Of a stretch of DNA of 64,000 nucleotides, positions 40,246 to 56,017 are shown piece after piece. The position numbers were made by a program, and so were the translations under genes. Below the pieces are notes generated by a model that saw only the letters and a list, made by a program, of their open reading frames with translations, was not told the DNA's origin and ran no database searches. Origin of the DNA: Octopus sinensis (Eukaryota); NCBI RefSeq assembly GCF_006345805.1, contig NC_043015.1, positions 1,550,001 through 1,614,000 of the forward strand. Reading direction: 5' to 3'. The stretch's first letter is position 1, and every line of letters starts with the position of its first letter.

Positions 40246-40399
40246 CAGTTTATACCGGAAGCAATATAGATAATGAATAAAATACAAGTGCACAATTTGT
40301 TTCATCTTATATTTATGTAATAAAAAAAATTATACAATATGACATATGCATTTTATAATGTTTCTTACTTTTCTGGAAACTCGCCGCATACCGACAGCT

Positions 40400-40452
40400 G
40401 ATGGCTCGCGGACAGGCACCGGTCCGCGAACCAACACTTTGTGTAACAATGC
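40400..40452. mobile_element. Possible hAT-type MITE terminus
   Basis: GCTCGCGGACAGGCACCGGTCCGCGAACCAACACTTTGTGTAACAATG resembles a Charlie-type end with a subterminal CGCGGAC/GTCCGCG palindrome. No partner end found. Confidence 0.4.
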
Positions 40453-40879
40453 ACAAGAGTACATGCATAAAAATTATAAAGACGGTTTTTAAAGTCAAAT
40501 ATAAATATGTATATATATATATGCATGCAAGTATGTATATATAAGTGCATATGTACGTGTGTGTGTATGTGTGTATGTGTACTTATGATGTGTATGCATA
40601 TAAGAAGTTATAGGTGTCTATATCCATGTACTTATCCGCATATTCAATGTTAGTGTGTGTGTATGTATGACTGCATATATGTATGTAACTATGCCTAGCA
40701 ATATACATCTACCTACATGCTTATATACCATATTAGTGTGTGTGTGTGCATCTAAATACCATTGGTTGCACTTACAGCTAGTCTTTATAGATAGGACAAC
40801 GCTTCGTAAATAAGAGTTGCCGAGTTCGATCACAGTGAGAGGTAACATCGGCAAATGTCACCTATTGGCCCATGAGTGA

Positions 40880-41090
40880 CCCAAAGTTTGACACAAAGCT
40901 AATAATTTCGGTTGAGGGAGAAAGTCGATTGCATCGACTCCAGTGTTCAACTGGTACTTAGTTTATCGACACCGAAGAGATGAAAGGCAAAGCTGACTCC
41001 ACGGAATTTAACCTGAGAACGTAAAGACGGACGAAATGCCGCTAAGAATTTTATCCGGCATGATAACAACTCTGCCATCTCACATCCTTT
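40880..41090 (-). mobile_element. SINE family A, diverged
   Basis: GTCGATTGCATCGAC...GATGAAAGGCAAAG...GAACGTAAAGACGGACGAAATGCCGCTAAG. Confidence 0.8.
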
Positions 41091-41459
41091 AATCGACCTA
41101 CAGAGTGATAATGAAATTGGATAGACGGAAGCTGTTTATTAGGCCCGTGAATGGATCGTACTGGAAATTCTAAATTCACAGTTATATCTCACACTGTGTC
41201 ACGCTCATAGCCCGTGAAAACGGTTCGGTTTACACGAGTCAGTAGAATACTCTTATAATCATTCAATATGAAGGGGATTCAGTTATTCGAGCAAATGAAT
41301 CCGCATCTGCAAACGACGGAGATCCTCTGCTCTTAACGCTTATTATAGGAATATGTACGCTTGTATATACCTTAATGCGTTGGTGGATGTAATTCATGCA
41401 TTTTCTGTCAGTTGTGTATCCGGTGTATGTAAAACTAAGAATGAATATAGACATAAATA

Positions 41460-41550
41460 AAAACAAGGTATATATACATACATAGATATATATATATATA
41501 TATATGTATATAGTATATATATAGATTATATATATATATAATATATATGT

Positions 41551-41594
<44 letters not shown>

Positions 41595-41893
41595 ATGTAT
41601 GTATGTATATATAGATATTAAATTTATATGTATATGTACGTATATGCATATATACATATATATATATATATTATATATATATTAGATAATATACATATAT
41701 ATACATACATACATACACACACATATGATGCATACATATATATATATATGTATATATCTATACACATATATATACATCGCATATATATGTATATGCATAT
41801 ATATATATATATATACATGTATGCATGCATATATATATATATGCATGCATACATATATATGTGTATATATATATATATAATATATTATATATA

Positions 41894-41942
<49 letters not shown>

Positions 41943-43303
41943 TATATATGCTTCGTTGTATGTACTGATTGTAGCAATGTGTGAGTGTCTTTCTGTTTCT
42001 GTGTCTGTAAACGCGTAATGTGACTGCCTGCGAGTGTAGAGCATGCGCTTCTGCCACCGTATCAAGGCTGCGGTGTTCTTTACAAGAAAACCAACCACCT
42101 GTATGATACGGTTTTAGGGCAAGTTTCTTGCAAAAGTTACGTGCAATATCTCTATAGAATGCTGACACCGTCTGGCAACGATTTGCCATCCCCGCTGACT
42201 CATTCCGCTATTGTGTTAGAATTACAGGCTAGCTTTCTGCTTTAAGCAGTCTCCAAGTTGAACAAAAGAATTCCGTTGAGTGAAAAATAGGCTAACAAAA
42301 TGCTGAGTTCCTTCTCATTAGATTTCAGGCCCATTCGACGTTAGTTTGGCAATTTACAAACCTGACTGATAACATGGTTTTCTTCAACTCTTCGTGACGT
42401 CAAATTACGTGAAGTTTCGTTTCATTTCGTTACGTTTCGCTATTTTAATTTATTGAATTATTTTTTTTATTTTTTTATTTTCTGTTTGGTTTCGTTCTGT
42501 TGGTGTATGTGTGTTTGTGTGTGTGAGTGAGAGAAAGAAAGAGAGAGAGAGAAAGAGAGAAAGAAAGAAAGAGAAAGGGATGTATGGTGAGAGAAGTATC
42601 TCAGTTTTTTGTTTTGTTTTATTTCTTAATCGAAAAATGTATAACGCTGAAACATATAATGAATATATAAGTGTATTCTTGTGTTTTGTATGTTCATATA
42701 TATATGTGTATGTGTGTGTTTATGTGTTTGTGTGCGTGTCTAGGTACATATATATATATATATAAGTATGTATGCTTATATATATGTATATATATATGTG
42801 TGTGTGTGTATATATATATGTGTGTGTGTGCGCGCCTCTATGTACATATATATGTATGCTGATATATATGTATATATATGTATATTATGTATGTGTGTGT
42901 GTGTGTATTCAGGTATGCACGCACACACACTATATATAAGGCAAGGTAGAGGAAGAAGCAAATGGTGCTGACTGGGTAGGAGAGACTGATGAGGTGATAG
43001 ATAGAAAAATAGATAGACCAGCAGACTGATGGGTTGATGATTGATAGATAGATAACGGGTATGATGGCGGGAGAAGGGAGAATTATTAAAATTGTACTCT
43101 TTAAATAGTTCGACGGTAATAATACTCGAATTTCATGCAGACCCGAGGCAATCATATACTTAACAGGGATAAATGATGAATAATTAGGCTCGGATAATCC
43201 TGAAGTTCCTTCTTTTTCTTTCTCTTTCCTCTTTATGTATCTGTCTATATATTTATCAATTGATCTATTCTCGCTGTCTCTCTCTTTATATATACACACA
43301 CAC

Positions 43304-43381
<78 letters not shown>

Positions 43382-44780
43382 CCAAATATATATATACATA
43401 TATATATTACCATATATACATATAAATATATATATGTATATATGTATGTATTTATATATATATATACATATAACATGTGTGTGTACGTGTGTATGTGTTG
43501 TTGTGTGTGGAGGCGGTTTGTGTATATGTTTGTGTGTGTATGTGCGTGCTTGTTTACATGTATATACCCATCTCTATACCTATACACTTATGTGTCTAGC
43601 TAACACAGAAACATGGATTTGTAAATAAGTATATATATAACGCCTTATATCTATATAAATACGGGCGAAAATGCATGTATGTACATATACACACATCTGT
43701 CTTTCTGCTTATCTACCTATCTATCTATCTATCCATCTCTTTCTCGCTCTCTCTCTCTCTCTCTCTCTAGACACACACACACATATATATCCACGTATAG
43801 ATATACATTTGTGTGTATATATGTGTATGCGCGTGTGTGAGATAGATTATGTGTGTATAGATATACATTCATATATGTACTACAGGAAAGAGGCTTGTAT
43901 CTTTGTAAGGAAGTATATACGATATACAAATACAAGCACACACATCCATACACACACATGCATTTACATGGCACACATACATGCTCCTGCATATATATGT
44001 TCGTGTCGAACTATGCTATTCAGTTTAAATAACTATGCGTTAGGGATGCGAATAATGCATCTGAGCAATGATTAACAGTGAATTATTTGTAAATTACTGG
44101 AGGAGAGAATGCTACAGTTATATTTGATAAGATTCAATATAACGGAACACAATAGTTGAATTAACGGGGAAAATCAGTGACGCTTAGATTATATGGAAGA
44201 GCGTGTAAGTTGGCGTTTTACTGAATATGTATTACAGTGGAAATAGTTACACCTCTTCACATTCACCACACACGTACACACACACACCACACACACACAA
44301 ACACCTATACACACACGAAAACCTATATGCACTCACAGATATGCACATAAGCTCTCATATGTACATACGTTCTCACACATGTACATACACATACACACGC
44401 AAGTTTACTTGGACGTCCTGATATCAATGGTCGCAAATGCACATATATACATATAATACTCCATTATATACATATATGTGTGTATATACTTATATTAGCC
44501 TACACACACACACACATACATATAAATATATGCATATAAATATACACATAAATATACATATAAATATACATAGAAATATATACATAGAAATATATACATA
44601 TATATATATATACATATAAATATATACATATAACTATACATATATACATATCAATAAACATATACTTATAGATATAAACATATCTTCAGAGACGCAAAAC
44701 ATATATCAATATATGTATATGCATTCATACATAGATGCATACACATGTGTATTCGTGTATGTGTATGTGTGTGTGGAGGG
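41460..44780. repeat. Dense (TA)n/(GT)n/(CA)n low-complexity region
   Basis: Direct reading; short unique spacers are interleaved. Confidence 0.85.
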
Positions 44781-45250
44781 TGATGGCAGTAACAAGGTAA
44801 CGCACATACAATGACTCCAGTTGATTAAATATTTTATTATATTATAGAGGAATTTGACTACTTTTTCATTATTTCGAATCTCATACCGAAGAGGAAATTA
44901 TTTGATTGTATATTAATGTGGAAATATTTGCAGTACTATCGTGTTTATCGTTGGCGCCTCCTACTACGAGACATTTTCTTTTTAACATCCAGTTGGTTTT
45001 TCTTGTATCGTTCCTTAGTTCATATAAGTTTTATCTCACTATGGGTATTTTGCTAGGTGAAATGTGCTTCTTTTCTTGACGCCAGTTTGGTTAATATTTC
45101 CCTGTTTTTTACAAAATTAAATTTTTTTTAATACACGGTGTTTCTCCCATCTGCTAGCCTGATTTAACTTTATATCAGTTTCAGGAGGGTCTCTTCCTTT
45201 CTGAAGAATGATTACTTAAAGAAGAAATAAAGAAGCACATCCAATTCTAC

Positions 45251-45395
45251 TATTTACATTATTTATATTCGACGGATATTTGTCCTCATCTTGTTTGTTG
45301 TTAACACAACGTTTCGGCTGATATACCCTCCTACCTTATTCAGGTGTTTTGGGGAAATTTCGAAACTGGGTTCTCATTCCTAAGGCATTTTTCGA

Positions 45396-45450
<55 letters not shown>

Positions 45451-45500
45451 GTCGAATGTAAATAATGTACATAATTCCTCATCTGTTAAATATAGAACCA
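45251..45500 (-). mobile_element. Penelope-like remnant, head-less relative of 10940-11265, bounded by a 23-bp inverted repeat
   Basis: TATTTACATTATTTATATTCGAC (45251-45273) vs GTCGAATGTAAATAATGTACATA (45451-45473): 21/23 complementary. Degenerate core CTGAATAAGG...CAGCCGAAAC on the minus strand. Confidence 0.6.
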
Positions 45501-45974
45501 CATTCAGTTATGTATGGCATTTCATGTAACGATGAAAGTTGGAGATTTGCTCTTTCTCTTTCAGTTTGTGGGACTTGTGATTGTAAAAACTGTTTTTAAA
45601 ATGGCCTTTAATTATACCAATATAATAAGTATATGTTTTCGCTCTAATCGCCAGAATTTTTAACAAATTCTTAATAGCTAGCAATGGAATGGAAAAAGAG
45701 AGATATAGAGGTCATTCACATGAATATTTGAGGTTCGTTTGTAGGTTTAGCTACTGCATTCAAGTCTTTTTTTTTTGTATGAAACGGGAGCGGCGCATCA
45801 TTTCTTTGGATAAAGTCCACGCATATGTCGTTTGAAATCTTTTGTATTAATCTCAGGTATTCTTTGAACAGTTTAAATACTTACGAATGGATTAAGAAAT
45901 AATTGCACTTTACACTTGTTTATTGCGTATTACTGCTTTAATCTTATGTGATTAATTACTATTATTATATAGGC

Positions 45975-46195
45975 GTCGAGTTGAAAGAGTCATTAGCACG
46001 CCGGGAAAAATGCTAAGTAGCATTTCGTCCGTCTTTACGTTCTGAGTTCAAGTCCTTCACAGGGTCGACTCTGCCTTTCTTCCTCAGGAAGTCGAAGAAA
46101 TAAGTATCAGATGTGCACTGGGATCGATGTAATAGTCTTAGCACCTTTCTTTGAAATTGCTGGTCTTGTGCTGCAATTCGAAATCCTTATTAATT
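45975..46195 (+). mobile_element. SINE family A, diverged
   Basis: GTTAGCACGCCGGG-like head remnant, GTTCTGAGTTCAAG, GGGTCGACTCTGCCTTTC core. Confidence 0.75.
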
Positions 46196-47212
46196 TTGTT
46201 ATGTCTATTTTGGTTTCTTTTTATTTTTGTTTCTGACTGTTGTCTACCTTTGAGACAGGAATGTATCCTTCATATGTGTTTGCAATAGCAGCCAAATCGC
46301 AAACCAACGCTTAAAATGTAGGTAAACACTTACAGCAAAAGAACGTATGATGACGCAACGGATGATTTCTGTCACAGGCGGACCACGGTTAATTAAATGT
46401 GACTAATGATTATATTTTCTAATTTCTGTTTCTTTTTTTTTTCTTTTAGAATTAAAAAAAAAACACAGAAAAATAGAAAGATCTCATTCCTCGGCAATAG
46501 TTATTTCGCCCCCATTCACCCCTCAGTATTCTCACCTTTGATCAAATATTCTCCACTAATGAACTCTCCATCTTTTTCCTCTGCAGATGTATTCTAGCAG
46601 CTGATTGAATTTTTAAGACAATAGATGTCACTTAAGGAAGATTTAGTTTCTATATAACGACGTTTAAGCAATCGCGTACTAGCAGTCTTCTTGCCTTGTT
46701 AGTTCTTGATATATTCCTCTCGAAATCATCATAAACTAACAGAAATCTCTTGTACTTTCTTTTAACAAGCATAAGGATTGTTGATCAGTTGTTGGTAATC
46801 TGTTCTATATTATTCTTGGAAATGGAATAATTCCATTGTCGCATAAGCACATATTTTTCACCCTATTATATTTCAATGTTGGTTAAACCATTTATAATGT
46901 TTAGAATATTTGTTACAATACTAGTCAAAATGTATTATAATTTTTATGTCAATAACGTCTTAATATTCGTCTATTGCTATAGCTGAAAAGGTTCATGACG
47001 AAGTTGATTGAACAGAAATTTCATGAAAGTCTTGTCAGATATAACCATTTTGTCTGCTTTTAACACACAAGGGTTGCATTATCAAATCTTCTATTCTTAT
47101 TTAAAAAAATTGATTGCTATTTTATTTATGATAATTTCTCTGTAATTTCTAAATATACAGGCATTTATATTGTATACACTATACACTTGCAGTAACGGGT
47201 ACTATTATAGAA

Positions 47213-47625
47213 ATATTCTTTTCTACTCTAGGCACAAGGCCCGAAATTTTGGGAGAGGACCAGTCGAACCCAGTACGATTAGATCGAACCCAGTACGCAA
47301 CTGGTTCTTAATTTATCAACCCCGAAAGCATGAAAGTCAAGTCGACCTCAGTGGAATTTGAACTCAGAACGTAGCGGCAGACGAAATACCTATTTCATTA
47401 TTACACACGAGGTGCTAAACACAGAGAGGACAAACAAGGACAGACAAACGGATTAAGTCGGTTATATCGACCCCCAGTGCGTAAATGGTACTTATTTAAT
47501 CGACCACGAAAGGATGAAAGGCAAATTCGACCTCGGTGGAATTTGAACTCAGGACGTAACGACAGACGAAATACCAGTAAGCATTACGCCCGGCGTGCTA
47601 ACACTTCTCCCAGCTCGCCGCCCGG
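47213..47625 (-). mobile_element. SINE family A dimer: one head, two bodies
   Basis: Junction GACGAAATACC|TATTTC at 47390/1, the same as in 19775-20350. Confidence 0.85.
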
Positions 47626-48559
47626 GCATAATAATATTAAATGTTGTCGATATTGTTATTATTGTTGTCGTCATCTTCGTTTTTGTTATAGTTGTTAAAA
47701 TTATTTTTGTTGGTTCGATGTTTATGCGATTTAGGCAGAAAACTACGGGATTTAACAAAAATTTGTAGGTGAAGCCATGGCAGGAATTTCGAAGGACAAT
47801 AACAACCAGTAACGTAAATACCATTTATGAGGATGATTATGATGGTGACGACGGCGGTGGTGGCGACCGAGACGGTGACCATGGAGGCGAACGTGGCGAT
47901 GAGTACGGCGATGATAATGACGGTAATCACGGCAGCGAGAGATGCGGCGACCACGGCAACAATAAATTTGATGATGATGGATTTATTAATGGTTGTTGTT
48001 GCCGTGATAGTGGGGATCCTGCTGGGAGAATTTGTTCTTGTGATGGTGGAAGTAGTTATGAAAGTTGTAGGGATCGTGGTCATCAATGTGTTCGTGGAGT
48101 TCGTGATTAGATGGTGATGACGATTATGGTAGTGATTGTTGGTGCTAGTAACGACGAATATGAGGGTGGTAGCGGTGGGATATATGTGTGTGTGTATGTG
48201 TGTATGTGGCGCTGGCGATTTCTACAGTAAGAGAATGACGGCCATGTTCCCCACAACGTTGTACGTCATTAATGTTATTACAGTTAAAACGTTACTGATT
48301 GAGGAAAGAAAGAAAGAAGGAAGGAGAGAAATAAAGACGAAAAGAAAGAAGGAAGGAAGAAAGGAAGGCGTAAGGAACGAACGGGAGAAAGAAAGATATC
48401 GAAAAGAAATATAAAAGTAAAGTAAGGGATCAGACCTAGATTTGCATTTGGACTGTATTGAGATAATATCAAGAGATTATAGAAGTGAGTAGACTTGCAA
48501 ATTGATAGAAATATATAGAAATATACTTCGAGAGAAAAATACATCGAAACATAATGAAT

Positions 48560-48728
48560 AGATAGATAGAAAGATAGATGGATGATTGGAAAGATAGATA
48601 AACTGATAGATAGATGGATGGATAGATAGAAAAGATGGATAGATAGAAAGATATATGGATAGATAGATAGACAGATGGATGGATGAATAAATGGATAGAT
48701 AGATAGATAGGTAGGTAGATAGATAGAT

Positions 48729-48798
<70 letters not shown>

Positions 48799-48799
48799 G

Positions 48800-48872
<73 letters not shown>

Positions 48873-49456
48873 ACAGACATACAGACTGATCGATTGATTG
48901 ATAGATAAAAAATAGATAGATACACTGATTGATTGATTGATTGATAGATAGATAGATAGATTGATTGATTGATTCGATAGGTATGTATGTATGTATGTAT
49001 GTATGTAGATAGGTAGGTAGGTAGTTAGGTAGGTAGGTAGGTGAGTAGGTAGTAGATCGATCGATCGCCAGGTAGAGAGATAGATTGATAGATAGATAGG
49101 TTGAGTGATAGAGAGAGATACAGGCATATGTGCAAGGATTTTTCCACACATCGATACGTGTATGACAAAGCTATGAGAAAATGAATGAGCGAAATATTAA
49201 CAGAAAAGCGAAACAAATTTTGAGAGAGATGCATGTTTATATGCATACAAGTACAATACATGGATGGCGGATGAAGCAATGTACAGATATATAGTTGTGT
49301 GTGTGTGTAAGGGGGGGGGGTTGTGTGTGTATATGTATCCGTCTTGATGTGTGAGTATACACACACATATAAATGTATGTGTATGTACGTATATATGCAT
49401 GTATATATATAAGTATATGCATTTATACATATATATAGTTATAAATGTATATGCAT

Positions 49457-49488
<32 letters not shown>

Positions 49489-50483
49489 GTGTGTGTGTGA
49501 TATATATGCATTTATATATATATATATATATATAATATATATATAGATATATGTTGTATATATATATGCATTTATATATATATATATATATATATAGATA
49601 TATATATATTTATGGGGAGGCGGTATGTGTGCATTTCTATATACATGCATACACACATATATAAACATGGCAAAAAAATATATACAGTCTCCAGGAAGAC
49701 AGAGTTATAAAGTACGTCAGAGATAGGAAAAACGAAAGCGAAGAGAGGAAAACAGAGAAGACCTAATTTGCCCCGTAGTCCGTAGATGGACACGATAAGA
49801 GTTATTGGTTGGGAAACAAAGCAGAAAACGTCACGTTTGTGGGTGAATACGGTAAATCACATAATGCCATCTCGCCTTTCTTTCTTCTGTCTCTCAATCC
49901 CATACTCCACATAATTTACTAGTCTTGTGTATAAAATGTTTTGTTTGCCGAGAGAGTAGCGAGGTTAATGAAATGAAATGAAAATAGAGGGAATGAAAGT
50001 AGCGAGACAGACAGACGGACACAAGATGTCGGAAAAAGGTTAAAAAATTACGAAAAAGAGAAACGAAAATGTAATGAAGGTGAAGACGGAACATATTACG
50101 GGAAATACGAAACCAACATGGCTGAAATCTAGCCTCGTTATATATATATATATATGTGCTTATGGACATGTGTGTGTGTGTGTGTTTGTGCGTAAGAGTC
50201 TATGCAAATATATATATATACATACACATATATTTACATATATACACATATATGTATATATATATACATATATACATAATATGTATATATATATATACAT
50301 GCATATATATATATTAATATTATACATGCATACATATATATATATGTATTTGTATATCTACATAAATACATGCATATATATATATGTATATATATTATAC
50401 ATATACATATATATATATATATTATTATATATATATACACAATATACATATGCATATATACATATATATATTATTTATATATG

Positions 50484-50517
<34 letters not shown>

Positions 50518-50540
50518 ATATATATATCTATACATATATC
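48560..50540. repeat. (GATA)n 48560-49110 and (TA)n tracts
   Basis: Direct reading. Confidence 0.93.
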
Positions 50541-51390
50541 TACACATATAAGTACATTTACTTGTTTGTTTGTGTGAGTGCGTGTGTGTGCATATTTGCA
50601 TGTTGTGTGTGTGTGTGTGTTATAAGATGATAGTGCATGCACGAAAACCGCCAACCCTTCTTTGCCCACCATCATAAATCTCACAAATGAAACGCACTTT
50701 TATATGTCTGCCGTGAGAGAGCGTAGATATAACTGAACCACCGACCTATAAAAGAAAAAACATTACCACGATCTCTAATATCTGTTCCTCTATCTCAAAA
50801 CGTATTACTAATAATCTCTAATAATTTTAGTACTTCTACCTCCACCATCAACATCACCACCACCACCACCACCATCCCCACCATAATAATCACTAGAAAT
50901 ATCAGCGTTCGTTTAAAGCCTGGGTGAGTGAGTGGGAAGAATACCGCAACCTCTCTCTTCCTCCATATTCGCTTGTGTCTGATCTTCCGTAATGCCCGGG
51001 CGAGGTTAAAATTGTCCAAATATTTCCGGTCACAGACGTAACTTCGTTTGGCTTGACTCGGCTTAATTCGGCTTGACTCTGCTACGATTTAGCTTGGTTC
51101 AACCTTACCTCCGTTTTACTCGTCTTGGTTTAGTTTGCATTCGGTGTCGGCGGTATTGATTCGGGTATATTTGGTTCGGCTCTGTGTAGATTGGGCACGG
51201 TACGGAGTTTTCACTTGGAGGTGGGGCGGGGAGCTTGGAATTGACCGTGGATGGTTGATGACTTGCATATAAGAGCAATATTCAATTACAGACTTCGCAA
51301 AAGCAGTTATGGTGTATGTGTGTACTTGTCTGTGCCTATGTGTGTGCGCGTGTGCATATACATATATAACATACATATATATATATAAAC

Positions 51391-51421
<31 letters not shown>

Positions 51422-51574
51422 TACAGAGAGAGAGAGAGAGAGATGAAGTGAGTAGAAATGTAAAGAAAAACATGTCTGTACACTATACGATAATAACTGA
51501 TTGCTGAGTTGCTCCAATATGTAAGTGTCTCAAAACCATGACATAATGTCATAATAAGAATTACATTAACGATC

Positions 51575-52170
51575 ATTCTTAAAGAAGGTGGTGTATGGTA
51601 GAAGTGTTTGCAATCCGGACAAAATGCTATTTGGCATTTTGTACGTCATTACGCTCCGAGTTCAAATTCCGCTGAGGTTTGTCTTGCCGTTCACTCTTTA
51701 GGGTTTCAATAAAACGAGTGCTAAGTAAACATTGGGCTCGATATAATCAACTTATGCCATCCCTGAGATTGCTGGCCCAGTGCCAAAATTTGGAACCAAT
51801 ATTTTAGCTCAAAGGAGCACGCAAGACGGCAGAATCGTTAGCACGCTGTACAAAATGCTTGAGCGTTGTTAGGTCGGTCTTTACGTTGTGAGTTCAGATT
51901 CCACTGAGATCTTTGCCTTCCATCCTTTTGGGGACGATAAAATAAGTACCAGATAAACAATGGGGTGGCTATACTCGACTTATGTCTCCCCTAAAATTAC
52001 TAACCTGATGCAAAAATTTGAAAACAATTCAAGTTGGGCAAAATGCTTAGCGGCATTTCGTCCGTCGTTATTTTCAGAGTTCAAATTCTACTGAGGTCGA
52101 CATTGCCTACCATACATTCGGTGTAGATAAAATAAGTACCATTTGAGGATTGGGGTTTACGTAATCGCCT
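51575..52170 (+). mobile_element. Three tandem diverged SINE family A copies
   Basis: Three occurrences of GAGTTCA(A/G)ATTC...ATAAAA...GTACCA / GTGCTAAG. Confidence 0.7.
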
Positions 52171-52184
52171 GATCAAGTTCTTTG

Positions 52185-52530
52185 AATTGGTTCTCAACCT
52201 TTTTTTTTTTTTGTATGGACTCTTTTCATTAGTTTTATTCTAGTGGGCCCCTATAGTCACTTAATGTCTAAAAACTAGTTTTATAGAAACTTTCAAATTT
52301 CCTATTTTGTTTTACACACATTAAAATCTGGAGGTTGAACTACGAATATGGTAGAGAAAGAAATCTAACTGTTACTTGCAATGCATACCAACAGATACAT
52401 CTTAAGCAAACTTTTTTCGGTGACCCTTAAAATTCTATTCTTGATTCCCAATTTCCTATGTTGTAGCATGGACCCCAACATTCTTATATGGTCCCTTAGG
52501 GGCCATATGGATCCTAGTTGAGAACCACTG
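52185..52530. mobile_element. hAT (Charlie-type) non-autonomous element
   Basis: Left (AAT)TGGTTCTCAACC (52185-52199) and right AGTTGAGAACCACTG (52516-52530), matching the CAGTGGTTCTCAACC hAT TIR; subterminal GGACCC/GGTCCC motifs. Confidence 0.7.
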
Positions 52531-52688
52531 ATCTATACACTCCGTTCCCCTCTAAATTTTAGCTAGTACTTTTGTACTGTTCATAAAGCCGGAGCATCGG
52601 GCCCTAATGCAGCAACAATTTCACCGTGAATGTCATTGGGAGATAACCCTTTTTTGTGATAACACTACGATGATAATTTTGTGCATTT

Positions 52689-52920
52689 AAGGCGGTGAGC
52701 TGGCAGAAACGTTAACACGCAGGGCGAAATGCTTAGCGGTATTTCGTCTGCCGCTACGTTCTGAGTTCAAATTCCGCCGAGGTTGACTTTGTTTTCATCC
52801 TTTCGGGGTCGATTAAATACGTACCAATTACGCACTGGGATCGATATAATCGACTTAATCCGTTTGTGTGTCCATGTTTGTCCCTCTATGTTTAGCCCTT
52901 TGTGGATAATAAACAAATAG
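52689..52920 (+). mobile_element. SINE family A, full length, tail type A, 17-bp TSD
   Basis: TSD GATAATTTTGTGCATTT at 52672-52688 and 52920-52936. Confidence 0.93.
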
Positions 52921-53234
52921 ATAATTTTGTGCATTTTCAACAGAAGTCGCTACTAGTTAAATTCCGTCTTCTTTCAACAGTCAGATAGGATTTTACCTGG
53001 AAAGAAATATTGCAGTTAGGGTTAGGGTTCCATGCCAGATTTCTCAATTTCACAGCTCTAGCATCAGTATTTCATATTCTGCCTACAAAATAGTGATGCT
53101 TTGAGCTAACCCACGTGATATACAGGGACACTCACATACACACACACGCATGTCACCTGTGATACATATTTAGTGTACAATATATAATATAGCATAATGT
53201 AATTAATATGATGTCATATAGAAATACAATATAT

Positions 53235-53370
53235 ATTTCTTTATTGCCCACAAGGGGCTAAACGTACATGGGACAAACAAGGACAGACAAACGGATTAAG
53301 TCGATTACATCGATTCCAGTGATTAACTGGAACTTATTTAATCGACCCCGAAACGATGAAAGGCAATATA
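53235..53370 (-). mobile_element. SINE family A 3' fragment, tail variant TTTAGCCCCTTGTGGGCAATAAAGAAA
   Basis: Matches tail type A. Confidence 0.8.
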
Positions 53371-53689
53371 GGCGTCTAAGCTGCAGCGTCTTTTAAGATT
53401 GGAAAACTTGTATGTCGAGTTACGGCCCTTTATAATACGAATCGAGAGTTAGCCATTTGTTATATGGAGATAAAGATCGATAGAATAAGTAACAGAATTG
53501 GAAAATAAATATTTGGGTGTTAGTCATGACCGGCTAGAATAAAAAATCTTAAACGTGACGCCCCAGAATGGCCACAGACATACAACAGAAGATAGTAAAA
53601 GAAAACAGAACAATAACAGAATAAAATAAAGTAAAAGTAAATAAAAAAAGATAGCAACAGCAACTTTCTCTGCAAAACAATATATATAT

Positions 53690-55260
<1,571 letters not shown>

Positions 55261-55859
55261 ATTAAATATAAAATATAAATACAAAGTGGACAAGAACGCA
55301 AAAAACACACAAGGAGACGACCCAAAAAAAAACAGACGGGTCACTCGAAGCCTCTAATCTTCAGTCGGGAAACGGATCATCTTAGTAATTTCGGCTGTTT
55401 AATCTCGATATTACTCCGACCCGGCAGCCCCAAGGAAAATCCAAGCCACAGCATTGGATTTCTTGGAAAGAGGGTCGAATGTATACGGAACAAAGACAGG
55501 ATGCCACACGAATATAAATACAAGAAACAAAATATATATGAAAATCAGAAATAAAAAACACGAAGGTGGACAGTACAAGGACAGGAGCGTCTTACGACTT
55601 TAGACAATTTTTAACTTATCTTGGCTGGCGTATATGAAAAAAGCCTTCAACTATCTATCTATTTGTTTGTCTGTCTATCATTCTATCTCTCTCTGCCGTC
55701 TCATTTCTTCTGTATGCCTGTTCATCTGTTTATCTTTCTCACCTATTTAATTTTTTGTCTGTTCGTCTGTCTGTCTTTTAGGTAGTATGTATGTATGTAT
55801 GTATGTATGTATGTATGTATGTATGTATGTATGTATGTATGTATGTGATGTATGTATAT

Positions 55860-56017
55860 AAAAATGTGTCGGTCAAGAATGACTTCGGTTTGAAAAATTT
55901 TCACGATGTTTTATATTTAGAAGCTTTTATTGAATCTATTCAATTGTTAAATATGAATAAATCTTGGAATGTAAATGGTTTTGATATACTGTCAGGTGAC
56001 TTCTGGTCAACCCTGTA
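55860..56017 (-). mobile_element. Tc1/mariner-type terminal fragment
   Basis: Minus strand begins TATACAGGGTTGACCAGAAGTCACCTGACAG (TA + CAGGG TIR type). No partner end found. Confidence 0.45.

Noticed and set aside
41990-42250. Unique-looking segment with [25 protein letters not shown]...
   Set aside because: No recognisable motif or splice pair; the ORF length is due to the adjacent (TA)n.
46540-46900. Possible Penelope ORF N-terminal remnant on the minus strand
   Set aside because: Resemblance too faint (multiple stops, no diagnostic motif) to support without an alignment.
53015-53029. TTAGGG telomeric motif
   Set aside because: Only two copies; expected by chance.
55345-55415. Minus-strand GAAA...CTGAAGA arrangement (permuted hammerhead?)
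   Set aside because: Stems I and III do not pair and stem II needs a 5-nt insertion; likely repeat debris.
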